DNA of 64,000 nucleotides from Chrysomallon squamiferum (lineage: Eukaryota > Animalia > Mollusca): NCBI GenBank assembly GCA_012295275.1, contig CM022667.1:2852001-2916000 (forward strand), given 5' to 3'. Made by a program: the position numbers and the translations under genes. Shown one piece after another: positions 1 to 13,472 of this stretch. How positions within the stretch are numbered: position 1 is the stretch's first letter; every line of letters begins with the position of its first letter. The notes beneath the pieces were generated by a model. The model was not told the DNA's origin, searched no databases, and saw only the letters and a list, made by a program, of their open reading frames with translations.

Positions 1-2522
1 ATCCACGCACGGTGGTGGCGTTGTCGGTGACGTCGTTTCTGAAAATTGGTTCAAAAGATAAATGAAGTAATTATGTATTCAGTATTGCCATTTCTGATCA
101 TAATAACCTAAAATAAATAATATTATCAAGAAAAGATATATTTTAATATGTTATAAGTAGATATGTCAGTTCAGTATTATACAAAGAAATCGAGTCAGAG
201 ATACAAACATACAGAGACTGAGAAATATATATCAAATTTTCGTGCGCGTGTGTGTACGTACGTATATGTATGTATGCGTATGTATATATGTAATGTAGAA
301 ATATATGAATACATGAATGTGTAAGCATACATAAAAAAACAAACATAGTGTAATCATTAAACTGTTATCTACTACGTACAGTAACTGTAATCTCTCGTAC
401 ACGTATTTAAACTTTTAACTACTACGTACAGTAACTGTAATCTCTCATCACACGTATTTAAATTGTTAACTACTACGTACAGTAACTGTAATCTCTCGTA
501 CACGTATTTAAACTGTTAACTACTACGTACAGTAACTGTAATCTCTCATCACACGTATTTAAATTGTTAACTACTACGTACAGTAACTGTAATCTCTCGT
601 ACACGTATTTAAACTGTTAACTACTACGTACTGTAACTGTAATCTCTCGTACACGTACTTAAACTGTTAACTACAACGTACTGTAACTGTAATCTCTCGT
701 ACACGTATTTAAACTATTAACTACAACGTACAGTAACTGTAATCTCTCGTACACATACTTAAACTGTTAACTACAACGTACTGTAACTGTAATCTCTCGT
801 ACACGTATTTAAACTGTTAACTACAACGTACATAACCTGTACACGGTTAACTACTACGTACATCAATCATCACACGTATTTAAATTGTTAACTACTACAT
901 ACAGTAACTGTAATCTCTCGTACACGTATTTAAACTGTTAACTACTACGTACAGTAACTGTAATCTCTCGTACACGTATTTAAACTGTTAACTACTACGT
1001 ACTGTAACTGTAATCTCTCGTACACGTATTTAAACTGTTAACTACTACGTACAGTAACTGTAATCTCTCGTACACGTATTTAAACTGTTAACTACAACGT
1101 ACAGTAACTGTAATCTCTCGTACAAACTATTTAAACTGTTAACTACTACGTTTAAACTGAACTACAACGTACAGTAACTGTAATCTCTCGTACACGTATT
1201 TAAACTGTTATCTACTAACGTTCTCGTACACGTATTTAAACTGTTAACTACTACGTACTGTAACTGTAATCTCTCGTACACGTATTTAAACTGTTGTCTA
1301 CTACGTACTGTAACTACAATCTCTCGCACACGTATTTAAACTGTTATCTACTACGTACAGTAACTGCAATCTCTCGTACACGTATTTAAATATTAAGTTT
1401 TACGTACTGTCTCCTGGTCCACTGACTGTTCCCTTCCCAGTGAAAGCGCCATACTGTGTGTGGAAATTACATACGGGTTTCTCACAACATTCTCCTGGTT
1501 TCTTCTCCATTTTACAGCCACTTGGAAGCGATCCGTAATGACCGCATCTGTGATACCAATAATCATGTTGTATCTAATCATGTTACATACGTCCTTTGAA
1601 CGGATCCTCGAGAACGATAGGTATGTTATAAACTGAACGAGATACAAACAGAAAGATAGAGAAACAGGCAAGAAATGAAAGACAGAAGTAGAAAGGAAAA
1701 GAGAGGAAGGTTTTATATATATACGTACACACTTTGACAGGACCACAACCCGACAGTAGAGTCCTTACACATACACTTGAACTCGCATCCCACCTGCCAC
1801 GTTTGTCCCTGGTAGTACTTCCCACCGTTGTACACACAAACATCTGTCGGAAAGAAAAATTTACATACACAACTAACTTGAATATACATTTGTTCGTTAT
1901 TTACATGACGTATAAAGTAATGCATCGTACGTATTCAAATATGAACATGAATATGTGTATATTGTAAGGCTCTGGATTAACACAATAAACAATACTATTA
2001 CGTAATATAGAGAAAAATTATAATGAACACAATTGCTAGGATTTCAACCACAAAAAAAACAATATATGATGACAAGTGCCATTATGCTAAAAATTACAAT
2101 AAGTAAGACAATGCAAGAAATTACAAGAGGACTACAAATATGTTAAAAATTGCAAAGAAAAGGACTGCTACAGTGTCAAAAATTACAATGAACAGAACTG
2201 CCTCTCCGTTCCTGTATATCTGTATCTGTTAAATGCATTGTGTACAGATATGGTTAATGACCAAATAATAACATTTGTTTTTATTTATCTGTTTATTTAA
2301 CTTACTGACTCCGTGCAGTTTCCCTGCATTTTGTCCTGTAGATATTTGATAAACCCCTTTAAAATCACACACAGGTTTCAAACAACACTCTCCCGCGACT
2401 CGAACCAGCGTACACTGTGGAGGTAAGTTGTAGTAAGCAGGGCACCTGTAATATTATTGTTAAACAAGGAAGACAAAATTAATTAAAATTAACATTAATA
2501 ATAATATTAATAATAATAATAA

Positions 2523-2553
<31 letters not shown>

Positions 2554-3837
2554 AAGAAGAAGAATTTAAAATGAGAATTTATATCACAGTGGGACTTGTA
2601 GGTTTTTGGATCGTGTCCTGCTAACGGCCAGATGTAATCGTTAAAGTATGAAATTAAAATTTGCTTCTTTAATACATTAACACTATATGACAAATAGAAA
2701 CATGCGCAAATCTTCAGTCGATATAAAGCATATACTTAAAGAATGACTGTTAATAAAATACAACGTAATGTAATATAATATAATGTAATATAAAGTAGCG
2801 TAACGTAATGTAATGTAACGTAACATCATATATCATAATATATTACAACATAATATAACATATTATAACATATTATAACTTAATGTAGCGTAACGTAACG
2901 TAACGTAAACTAACATAACTTACTAACAAGTCGAAATACTAACCTGTTAAAACACTGATACTTCCCACGACTTTCGTCAATGCATTCACATTCATACTGA
3001 CATCCGTCCGTCCATTTGTCACCCTGTCTGTACTCAGCGCCGTTGTAGTAGCATTTGCCGACTGTACAAGATCAAAATAATTAAATATTTTCATACTGAT
3101 AAGCAACGGGGCCATTGGAGTTATTTTTTTAAAATCTTATATAATAGCTTTAAAAAGATAAACAAAATATTAAGTAAAACAAGAAATTTTAAATTATAAA
3201 ATTTTATCATCATCATGATCATTAGTACTTTATTATGTTTTTCAATTATTTTCTTTTATTTTTATTTATTTTTTTTTATATTTTTTTATATTTTTTTATT
3301 TATTAGTTAATTATTATCTATGTACGTATATATATTTACAAATGTCTAACTATTATCTTTTTATCTGTCCATCTATTTATCTTTATATTTATTCTAATTA
3401 GTCTGTCTACCTGTCTGTATTTATGTTTTTATTGTTGTCAACGTATATTTTAGTTGAAATAATACTCACAATAGCCTGTCAATGTTGATGGAACTGAAAG
3501 AGAAAAAAAAACTAAAAATATATTATCGTTATTATTGATGCTGTTACTCAGATTTCTAAGTTTATTATATTTATTATTAACAGAATAACTTAACAACTTA
3601 AACTAATAACAATATTAACTAATAATGTGTTGTAATTTTTATTTTAAATGAAATAAGCAACAGAGAAAAGTTTGTATATATAGATAAATACAAAATAAAT
3701 GCATATAATATATATATTTATAATAAGTACGTTTTTCGGGTGGTAGGTCTGTGTATAAAAATTTAATTTTAAAATTAGAAATTTACAGTTTTTAGAGCAT
3801 TGTTATACAAACACACATAATATACACAACACACATG

Positions 3838-3894
<57 letters not shown>

Positions 3895-4468
3895 AGTATG
3901 AAAACTAAATATTTTTTTTACTAAATATCGTTCTCATACATAAAACAAACTGTATTTGTAACAGGGCAGCACATACCACAATAACCACAGAACTTTCGGC
4001 AGTTTTCTTTGGCCCAGTGCGCATACTTTGCCGTGCAGGACGTGGGTGCGAAAGATTTGCAGTTTGGAAGTTTGTCTTCGCATGGTGGAGGTACTGTTGG
4101 TATCGAAAAAAAAAAAAAAAAAAAAAAAATGAGTACATAAAAATAAATATTAATGATTTCTGCTTGTTTAAGAAATTGTTATTGCAGAGGTCATTTTTCC
4201 ATTTTTTTATTGTTGTTGTTGTTGTTGTCGTGTTCGTGTTGTTGATTTCATCGTTGTAGGTGTTGTTGCTGCAGCTGCGGTTATTAGAGAATGTCGTTTT
4301 TGTACCAGCTATTGTTTTTCAGCCCATTGTTCCATTTATGTATTTAATAGATTTGTTTATTTGCTTACTTAGTGAATCGTTTATTTAGTCATATAGATAG
4401 TTTTTATATAACAAATCATTTTTTAATATTTTTTGCTTTCTTCTTCTTTCTTTTCTTTCTTCTTCTTT

Positions 4469-4500
<32 letters not shown>

Positions 4501-6781
4501 TTTTTCTTGTTATTATCAAATAACAGAGATCTCTAGACAACTCTAAATGTGTTCTGCACTCTTTTATACAAGAAGTTTAAAAAAAAAGAAAAAAAAAAGA
4601 CGTCGATGTTTACTTGTACAGAAGCCGCAGTGTCTGGCGCAGTTCGTGTGTGCCCACTGCGAGAACGTCGTGCAGATGTCGCTGGCGTACTCGTCGCAGT
4701 TTGGCTGTCCGTCCTGGCAGGTGTCGAGGTCTGGTGACAACGTCGTTACAGCTGAGAAAAAAAGAAATTTTTTATATGTGTATATACGGACCTCTATCGG
4801 CCCGATTTCGGAAAATCCGGACAAAATACGGGAAATAAGCGAATCGTCCCGAATCTTCCCGAATCTTCCCGAAATAAACTATTCCGAGTCTCACTATACG
4901 ATCACGGCAAAACAAGCTCAGTTTTCTCTACCTTATAGTTCAGTAACCAACTGTAAACTAAATTTAGTTCGGTATATCATTTTACATTGATAATATTAAT
5001 ATCAGTTTTATTTCTAATATCCTTCGGAAATTGGATTTACCTTTACCCGTGTATAATGCAAGGTCGACTATATATATATATATAAATCAATATAAGATTC
5101 AATTTTTAAGATGACTTCATTACTGCTGTAGTGTTGCAGTATTTGCTGGGAGTTTTGTTGTTACTGCTTTTGTGAAATTTGTTTAAGTCACTGCTGTTAA
5201 TTTCAAAATGTGGTTACAAGATTACATGTGTACACTTGACTTTCTAATAAATATTTGAAAGTAGACCCAGATAATTAGTCAGAGGTCGACTGTCTTACAA
5301 AATCTATCGGAGTAATATTAATTTAAATATTATAATAATATTACTTACGTTTAGGTACATATGGTGGTAATGTCGGCGGAATAGCTGAAAAATAAATTAT
5401 AAATTACATCTTTTATACTGTGAGTGTATATTATATACCCAGTTATGACATAAGTAAAATACATAAATACTTTTTAACATGTTAGTAAAACTAACTCGAG
5501 ATTTTTAAAATAAAGGTACCTCTGTTTTATAACTTATAGTTGTGATCAGTTTAATATTATCTTTAACAAATAACAAACCCTTTTAAACACACACAACACG
5601 CAAACGCATGCGCTCGGTCACACACGCGCGCGCACTCACGCACGCACCCACACACGCACACACACACACACGGTAACCCACCTTGACACGCTTTCTGCGT
5701 GAACAGCGCGGAAATTCCCGCCAGCTTGCCGAAATCCTTCACGGTCAGCACGTGATCTTTATCCGGGTCTGTCGCTATGGCGTCGAGCTCTTTCACGGAG
5801 ATGCCGGACCCGACCCCTACCGAGAACAGGTTTATTCCCTTCTTCCGGGCAAGCGACGCCTGAGCCTTCGTGTCGTCGGGTTTAGCCGACCTGCCGTCCG
5901 TCACGATGATGCCGATGTTGGGCACGCCGGGGCGGTCGCCGTTCTTCTGGTTGAACATGTTGTCCACCATGAATCTGATGGCGTCGCCGGTGTTTGTTCC
6001 GCCGGCAACGTACTTGACGTGGTCCACGGCGTGCAGCACCGACTGCTTGTCCGGGTGTTTGTTGAGGTGGAACTCGGTGTACGGCCTGCTGCTGAACTTC
6101 TCCACCCCCACGCGGATCTGTCCCTGGGACACGGGCAGGGGCTGGATGACGCTTTTGACGAAGGACAGGAGGGAGTTGAAGTTCTTCGAGCCGACGCTGC
6201 CTGACGAGTCGAGGAGGAACACGATGTCGGCTTTGGCTCCGCAGTTGGCTGAAATGTGATTCGTTAAATAACAGATTAGTGTTTATCCATTAATAGCTGA
6301 AATGTGATTCGTTAAAAATAACAGATTAGCTGGTATCCATAAATAGCTGAAATGTGATTCGTAAAAAATAACAGATTAAACTAATCATAGTAATAGTTAT
6401 TCATGAATAGCTGAAATGTGATTCGTAAAATAACAGATTAGCTGGTATCCATAAATAGCTGAAATGTGATTTTTTAAATAACAGATTAGCTGTATCCATA
6501 AACAGCTGAAATGTGATTCGTTAAATAACAGATTAGCTGTTATCCATAAACAGCTGAAATGTGATTCGTAAAATAACTGATAATAAGCGTAACTCTTAAA
6601 TAGCTAAAAACGTTATTCGTAAAATAACCTATTAGCTGTTATTCTTAAATAGATGAAATGCGAACATTATTATAATAGGGGAGCTGTTACTTAAAAATAG
6701 CTGAAACCTGATTCATTAAATTTGAGTCGTAAAGAAATGTATGTCATAAATTAACAAATGAGCTGAAATTTAAACACTAAA

Positions 6782-6816
<35 letters not shown>

Positions 6817-6831
6817 ATATCTATCTATCTA

Positions 6832-6873
<42 letters not shown>

Positions 6874-7388
6874 AATTAGAAGAAATATTATTCGTTAATT
6901 GTTGAAACACTTGCTTCGTAAAGAGACAACAGAAATGTGACTCGTAACAAAAACAGCAAAAAAAAGAAACTCATAAGCAAGTAAATTATTTCTAAATAGA
7001 TATCTCAAAAGCAAAACGTTAAGTTATATATATCAGTGATGTATTGTATTCCCTGCGTTGCTGTGTAACAAGAAAGCTATTGAAAAGGAACTATTTAAAA
7101 CACTTACCTGGTAACGGATGAGTATTTGGTTTCGGCTTCGCAACTAAAGCAAAAATAAAAATATTTATTAAAACAAAAATATAAATGAAAGTCGATTAAT
7201 GATTTTGCACCTATTTGTCTATTTGTGATAACTTAAACATATCGTTAGTATCGTTTTTATTGCAATAATAATAATAATAATAATTATTATTATTATAATA
7301 ATAATTATAATCATAATATAATCATAATAATAATAATAATAATAATATAATCATAATCATAATAATATTAATAATAATAATAATAATC

Positions 7389-7435
<47 letters not shown>

Positions 7436-7995
7436 TTTTTATGTTGTCCAATACAAAAGGTATTTTCTGAATTATGAACACATCTTTAATTTTTTTTTTT
7501 TTTTTTTTTATTATTTTACTTTATTTTTTTTATGTTATTTTATTTTATTTATTTATTTATTTATTTTTTTAACGTGGTTACCTTCGCACGCCTTCGACGA
7601 CATGACACCTTTCAACGACGCCAACGCGTCGAACGTGGCAGCTTTGTAGACGTACTGGCTGTCAGGGTCGCTGGCGATGTCTTTCAGCTCCTGGTCGTTG
7701 ATGCCGTTGCCGATGCCGAGTGCCAGCACTTTGACTCCCGACGACTTCAGCTTGGCCGCCTCGGCTTTCGTGAGGACTTTGTTGTTAGACTGGCCGTCTG
7801 TCACCACGATAGCAATGTGCGGCACGTTGTGACGTAAACCTGCAAGTACGTTATGTCATTTCAGTTGGTTTTTATTGGTAATCGTGTCTTTTTCTTTTCT
7901 TTTATCTTTTTTTTATTTATTAATTTTTTATTTTATTTTTAATTTTTTTTTCATTTTTTTTTATGCTGTTGTTGTTTTGTTGGGTTTTTTGGTTT

Positions 7996-8075
<80 letters not shown>

Positions 8076-9218
8076 GAAACGAACTATAAAGAATTAATAA
8101 AAATCAACTATTTTAAGCCTTCATTAAATCTCGGAATTCACGCAATATTTTCAATTCTTTCATCCTTTCATTTCTTTTTTTGTAAATTTTTTTAAAAATT
8201 TATATATTTTTTTATCCAGTTTCATTTTCGATTTTACATATTTCCAAACCTGACAAACTATCACTTAGGCGAAATCCAGCCATACAAAAAAAAAAAAAAA
8301 AATCTCGGCCAGTCCTTTCTCTACTGATCACGTGACATTACGAACCTGCGGCAGCGGTGAAGCTGCTGTTCTTCATGTAGCGGATTGCGACCCCAGTGCT
8401 CGTTCCGCCGCCCAGATACTTGATGCGACTGACCGCAGCGGCCACGTCAGCGCCAGTGTGGTACGTCTTCAGGTCGAACTGCTTGTGAGGGGCGCTGGAG
8501 AAGGTGTCCACGCCGATCTGGACGCCGTTGGGGCCGATGGTGAACGTCTTGGCGAAGTCTTCGACGAACTTCTTCATCTTGTTGAAGTTGGAAGAACCCA
8601 CGCTTCCAGACTCGTCGAGCAAAAACACGATGTCCGCTTCAGCGCCGCAGTCTGAAAATAAAACAAGAAAAGAAACGTGTTGAAAAAAAAAAACAAAAAA
8701 AACTTTTGAATGTGTTTTCAAAAAGAAAGCTTATTTAAGTGTATCTAACAGAGTCAAAGTCTTCTCGGTATAGTCCGGAGTTAGAAGGACTCAATAATCT
8801 GGGTTAGAGATTATAGGTATAAACTCTGGATTCAATCCCAGAACCTTTGAATGATTTATTATTTGTATTAGAATATTTGTTTAACATTAGAGTCATGTTT
8901 ATCAATAGTTCAAAATTATTATATTTCATAATCGTTTTTTCTAATATACAAGTATATTTCGATATAATGGCTTTTTACTCATTTGTTTTTCTTGTTTTTT
9001 TCTGTATAATCCAGAAAATTATATTACTGACATCAACACCATTGTTGTTGTTACTGACGTTGTCGTTATCATTTCGTCGTATTTACTATACTTGTATATT
9101 TCTTACCTGGTTTTACTGGTTTTGGTGTAGCAGAGACAACTGTGGCTTTAACTAAAAAAAAAATTAATAAAATAATAAAATCATTTTTCACATTTATTCG
9201 TATTTAACAGTTATAAAA

Positions 9219-9269
<51 letters not shown>

Positions 9270-9844
9270 CACACGCAATCATCAGAGAGAGAGAGAGATA
9301 CTAACACATGTATATATACAATTGATGATAAAACAACGAGCATTTACTTTCACAGACTAAGAAACGGGCTCCAGATGCAAATCACTAAGACTTTTAATAT
9401 TGTTTTATTTAAGGAAAATGGGAAAAATAATTCACTTCACTCAACTCGTTGAAGTTTAGCTAAAACTGGACTCACCATTGCATGTTTTCTGCTGTAACGA
9501 ACCCTTGATTAGTTTCAGGGCGTCAAAGTTGGTGACGATGAACACGTGGTCTTTGTCGGGGTCGGTTGCCATGGCTTGTAATTCAGACTGCTTGGGGCCG
9601 GACCCAACGCCGATGGAAAAGATGGTGACGCCGTGGTTTCTTAGGTTTCGTGCTTCCGTCGTCGTAGCCGGTGGGTTGTTAGATTTGCCGTCCGTTATGA
9701 TGATAGCCACCTGCATCATAAGAATTTTTAGTTTTTTAAAGTTAAAGTTACTCGTTTTAACCATTGCTAACAAATTGGCGTATCAAAGTCTATTGTGACT
9801 GTTGTTTATGATTGATTTTTTATCTTTAATTTTAATTTTTTTTT

Positions 9845-9896
<52 letters not shown>

Positions 9897-10865
9897 GTTG
9901 TGAAGATGCGAGGAATTTATTAAGTTATTAACAAAATAATATTACAAAATTTTATAACAACTTCAGCCACTAAATGTATTTATTATCCCTAAATACGTTT
10001 AGTCGTTGAAACAGATGTAGTACTAGTTGAACATTTGAAATAACAGCGTTAATAACAGAAGTGATGTTAAACAAAACAACATTCAAGGGTGAGTTTTATT
10101 CTTAATATAAAAATAGTACTAATTGAAATAATATTAGAAGTAAAGTCGTTTCAGTAGAAATTACCAAATGGTATTAGTAAAATAAGATTTAAAAGCTATA
10201 ACAGAAAAAAATTGCATTAGACAACGAAAAAAAAAAATAGTAGTAGAGAAGCATTAATAACAGCAACATAATTAGTAGTCGCAGTCGTAATAGTAGTAGT
10301 AGAATATGCAATAAATATAGCAGTCGTAGTAGTAGTGGTAGAATATGCAATAAATATAGCAGTAGTAGTAGATGTATTATGACGATGACGCTGTTGGTCA
10401 CATTAGTAACAGTATCTAAATAATTTATCTACATAGTCGCAATAATAGTAATTGTAGAATATGGGTTCTAGCATAAATATAACGACGATGTTGAAAGTCA
10501 CCTTCGCTGCATTCGGTCTTGCGCCGTTGGCTGCCGTCAGCATGGTGTTGCGGGCGTACTGCAGAGCCAGGTGGGTGTAGGTGTTGCCCTTGGTGTATCT
10601 GATGTGTTTGATGGCGTTGAGCACGCCAGCCTTGTTGTGGTACTTGTTCAGGTGGAACTGCAGGTACGGTTTCGTATCGAAGCTGACAACGCCAACCTGA
10701 GTAGCATTGGGACTTATGTCGAAGCCTTGCACCATGGACTGGACAAACTTCAGCATCTTCTGGAAGTTGGAGTCGCCAACGCTGCCGCTGGCGTCGAGCA
10801 GAAACAACAGATCGACTGGCTGAATGCCGCATCCTGAAAACAGTTTTAACAAAAATTAAGTTTAA

Positions 10866-10896
<31 letters not shown>

Positions 10897-13433
10897 GAAT
10901 AATAATAATAATAATAATAAATATAACCAATTGCATTATGATTATTATTTCTTGTTGTTGCTTATAAAATATAATGATGATGTTTTTTGTTGTCGTTGCA
11001 TTAAAATTTAATATATATATATATATATATATATTAAAGTTCCATATAGATAAGCAGCCTATATTATCTACATTTGTTATATTAAAATTATTTTCCTATA
11101 TCGAGCATAAAAAAAAAAATTAATAATAATAATAATAATAATATGAAACGTATAAACTGTGTATTTAAAATAGACTGTATGTATACAGTACCTGCTGCTA
11201 ACGTCGTTGCTGGCGTTGTTATCCTGGTGGTGGGTTTATGGGTTATTTTATGTGTTACTGGTTTTGGCGTCGTGGTCGGCTTTGGTGTCGTCGGACAAGC
11301 TTTCGTGTTGCATTTTACCGTCTCCTTGGCGTTCCCCACGCAGTTCTTGCCGCCGTGCGCTGGGGGCGGGTCATTGCAACTTCTCACCCTGTACTTGGTA
11401 CCACCCCCGCACGATTTAGTGCAGGGACTGTAAAATCCCCACTTACCCCATTTGCCATCGACTGAAATAATAACAACAATAATAATAATAGCAATAATGA
11501 ACAGGCTTCTTTTTCCTCCTTCTTTCTTTTAATAATAAAATCAAATATCGTTATTTTTGTCTTAAAAACTGTGCAAGGAATCTGAAATCCCAATTTACTC
11601 TCATTTCCCATCCTTTGAAATAATCCTCTTTTTTTAAAACTTGTTTTCTTTTTCTCTGACTTTATGCTACTGACGTATATATATAATGAAGTATATAATT
11701 ATCAACATTAATACAATTGTTTAAATCATCTTAATCAACGGTCATTAGCTTTGTTTATATTTTACGTTGTTGCTGTTTGTTTTTAAATTATTGCACCTTT
11801 TACTTTCTATTTTTGTTTATTTTATTATTATTATTATATATATTTTTATTTATTTTTTTTTTTTGCCAGGCTTGTTTAAGTATTTACACACTTTATTATC
11901 AGCACAGCCTGGGTGCCAGCAACAAAAAATAACATAAAGAATACAATCGCGACTATTTATTTATTAACACTACATTTCACCTTTGCACGTTGTTTTCTTC
12001 AGTGTCGCTTGCAGCTGGTGCAGCGCGCTGAACCCGGTGACGGTGAAGACGTTGTGGGGGTTGCTGGCTATTTCCCTCAGCTCGGACTGCGAAATGCCGC
12101 TGCCGACGCCGATGGCGAAGATGTTCATGTTCTGTTTGTGAATGGCCGTCGCTGCTCTGAGCATGTCGGCGTGGTTGGACGAGCGACCGTCGGTGACCAC
12201 AATCAAGATGTTCGCCACTTTGTCGCGATCGCCGTGCGCATGCGTGAAGGCGTTCTGACGGATGAAGTCGAGCGCTTTTCCCGTCTGCGTGTTGCCGCCG
12301 ACGTACCTGATTCTGCTCACCGCCGCCTTCAACGCCGCCTTTGTCGGGTGCTGGTTGAGCCAGAATTCGTTGTGCACTGACGTCGAGAACGTCGTCACGC
12401 CGATCTGCACGGCTGACGGGCCAATAGTGAAGGAGTCGGCGAAGGTTTTCACGAAGTTTAACTGTTTCTGGAAGTTACCGGATCCCACAGATCCTGAACT
12501 GTCCAGGAGGAACTGAATATCAGCTGGGTTAGTTCCACATCCTGAAAAATAAAAATTTAACAATATCTGTCCGGAACGCTGAAATATATTTCTGTTTAGA
12601 CCTAACCTTTATTCTTGTTTTTGTTATTTTGTTATTATTATTTTTTTTTTATTATTATTATTTTTTTTATATATATATACGAAACAGATTTTATGTGTAA
12701 TAGTGTCCATCAGTATGAATATATTTGAGACTGTACCTGTCTGTTGGAATGCGTACAACAGTGTTTACGTCTTCGTGCAAGCTTACGATTGTCGTAATAT
12801 TTTTGTACGTCTGTTCTATACTGATTACGTTTGAGTTACCTACGAGAATGTACGGTACTGCTGAAACTATGTTTACTAATGAAAGATTGGGTTATAAACA
12901 ACGACAGAGGACTCGTGTTACAGTCCTGGTATTAATGCCATTATTGACATCCACATAATAACAATACAATATAGTGGTTTTGTTTTGAAGATTGTTTTCA
13001 AGAACTGACAAATGTTAAATTAATCAATAGAGTCGTGTGGTACCGTTAAATAATAAAAACTGTTATATCTTTATAATATAAAGGTCGTCATTTTTAATAT
13101 TTATACAGTGATAGTCAACTGTTTATCTTTATAAAATAATAGCCGGTTTTTAATGTTTATGCAATACTGGTCGACATTTTTTTTCCTGTAAAAAAGTAAA
13201 CATAGTTTTTTTTATCTTTATAAAATGATGGTTTCGTTTTAATCTCTTTATAGAATAATAATATAGATGATGGTCATCTTTAATTTTTATAAAATAATGG
13301 TCATAATCGTTTTTTTTTGTTTTTTTGGACATAACGGTATTCTTTTGTATCTTTTTATATGTTTATAAAATAAAGTGTTTTTTTCTTCTTCTTTTTTTTT
13401 TTTTTTTTTTTTTTTTGTTTTTTTTTTTTTTTC

Positions 13434-13472
<39 letters not shown>

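Noticed and set aside
355-1391. CRISPR-like array
   Set aside because: Units are contiguous with no unique spacers, the context is a eukaryotic intron, and no cas genes are present.
4094-4130. Apparent non-canonical acceptor (poly-T then CG) for the second ShKT exon
   Set aside because: A canonical CAG at 4096-4094 gives the correct phase.
8745-8850. tRNA or SINE-like head (GGATTCAATCCC, B-box-like)
   Set aside because: No cloverleaf or clear A box; too degenerate to call.
5683-12516. Plus-strand ORFs overlapping the VWA exons (e.g. 5683-6204, 11913-12380)
   Set aside because: Antisense shadows of GC-rich coding exons.
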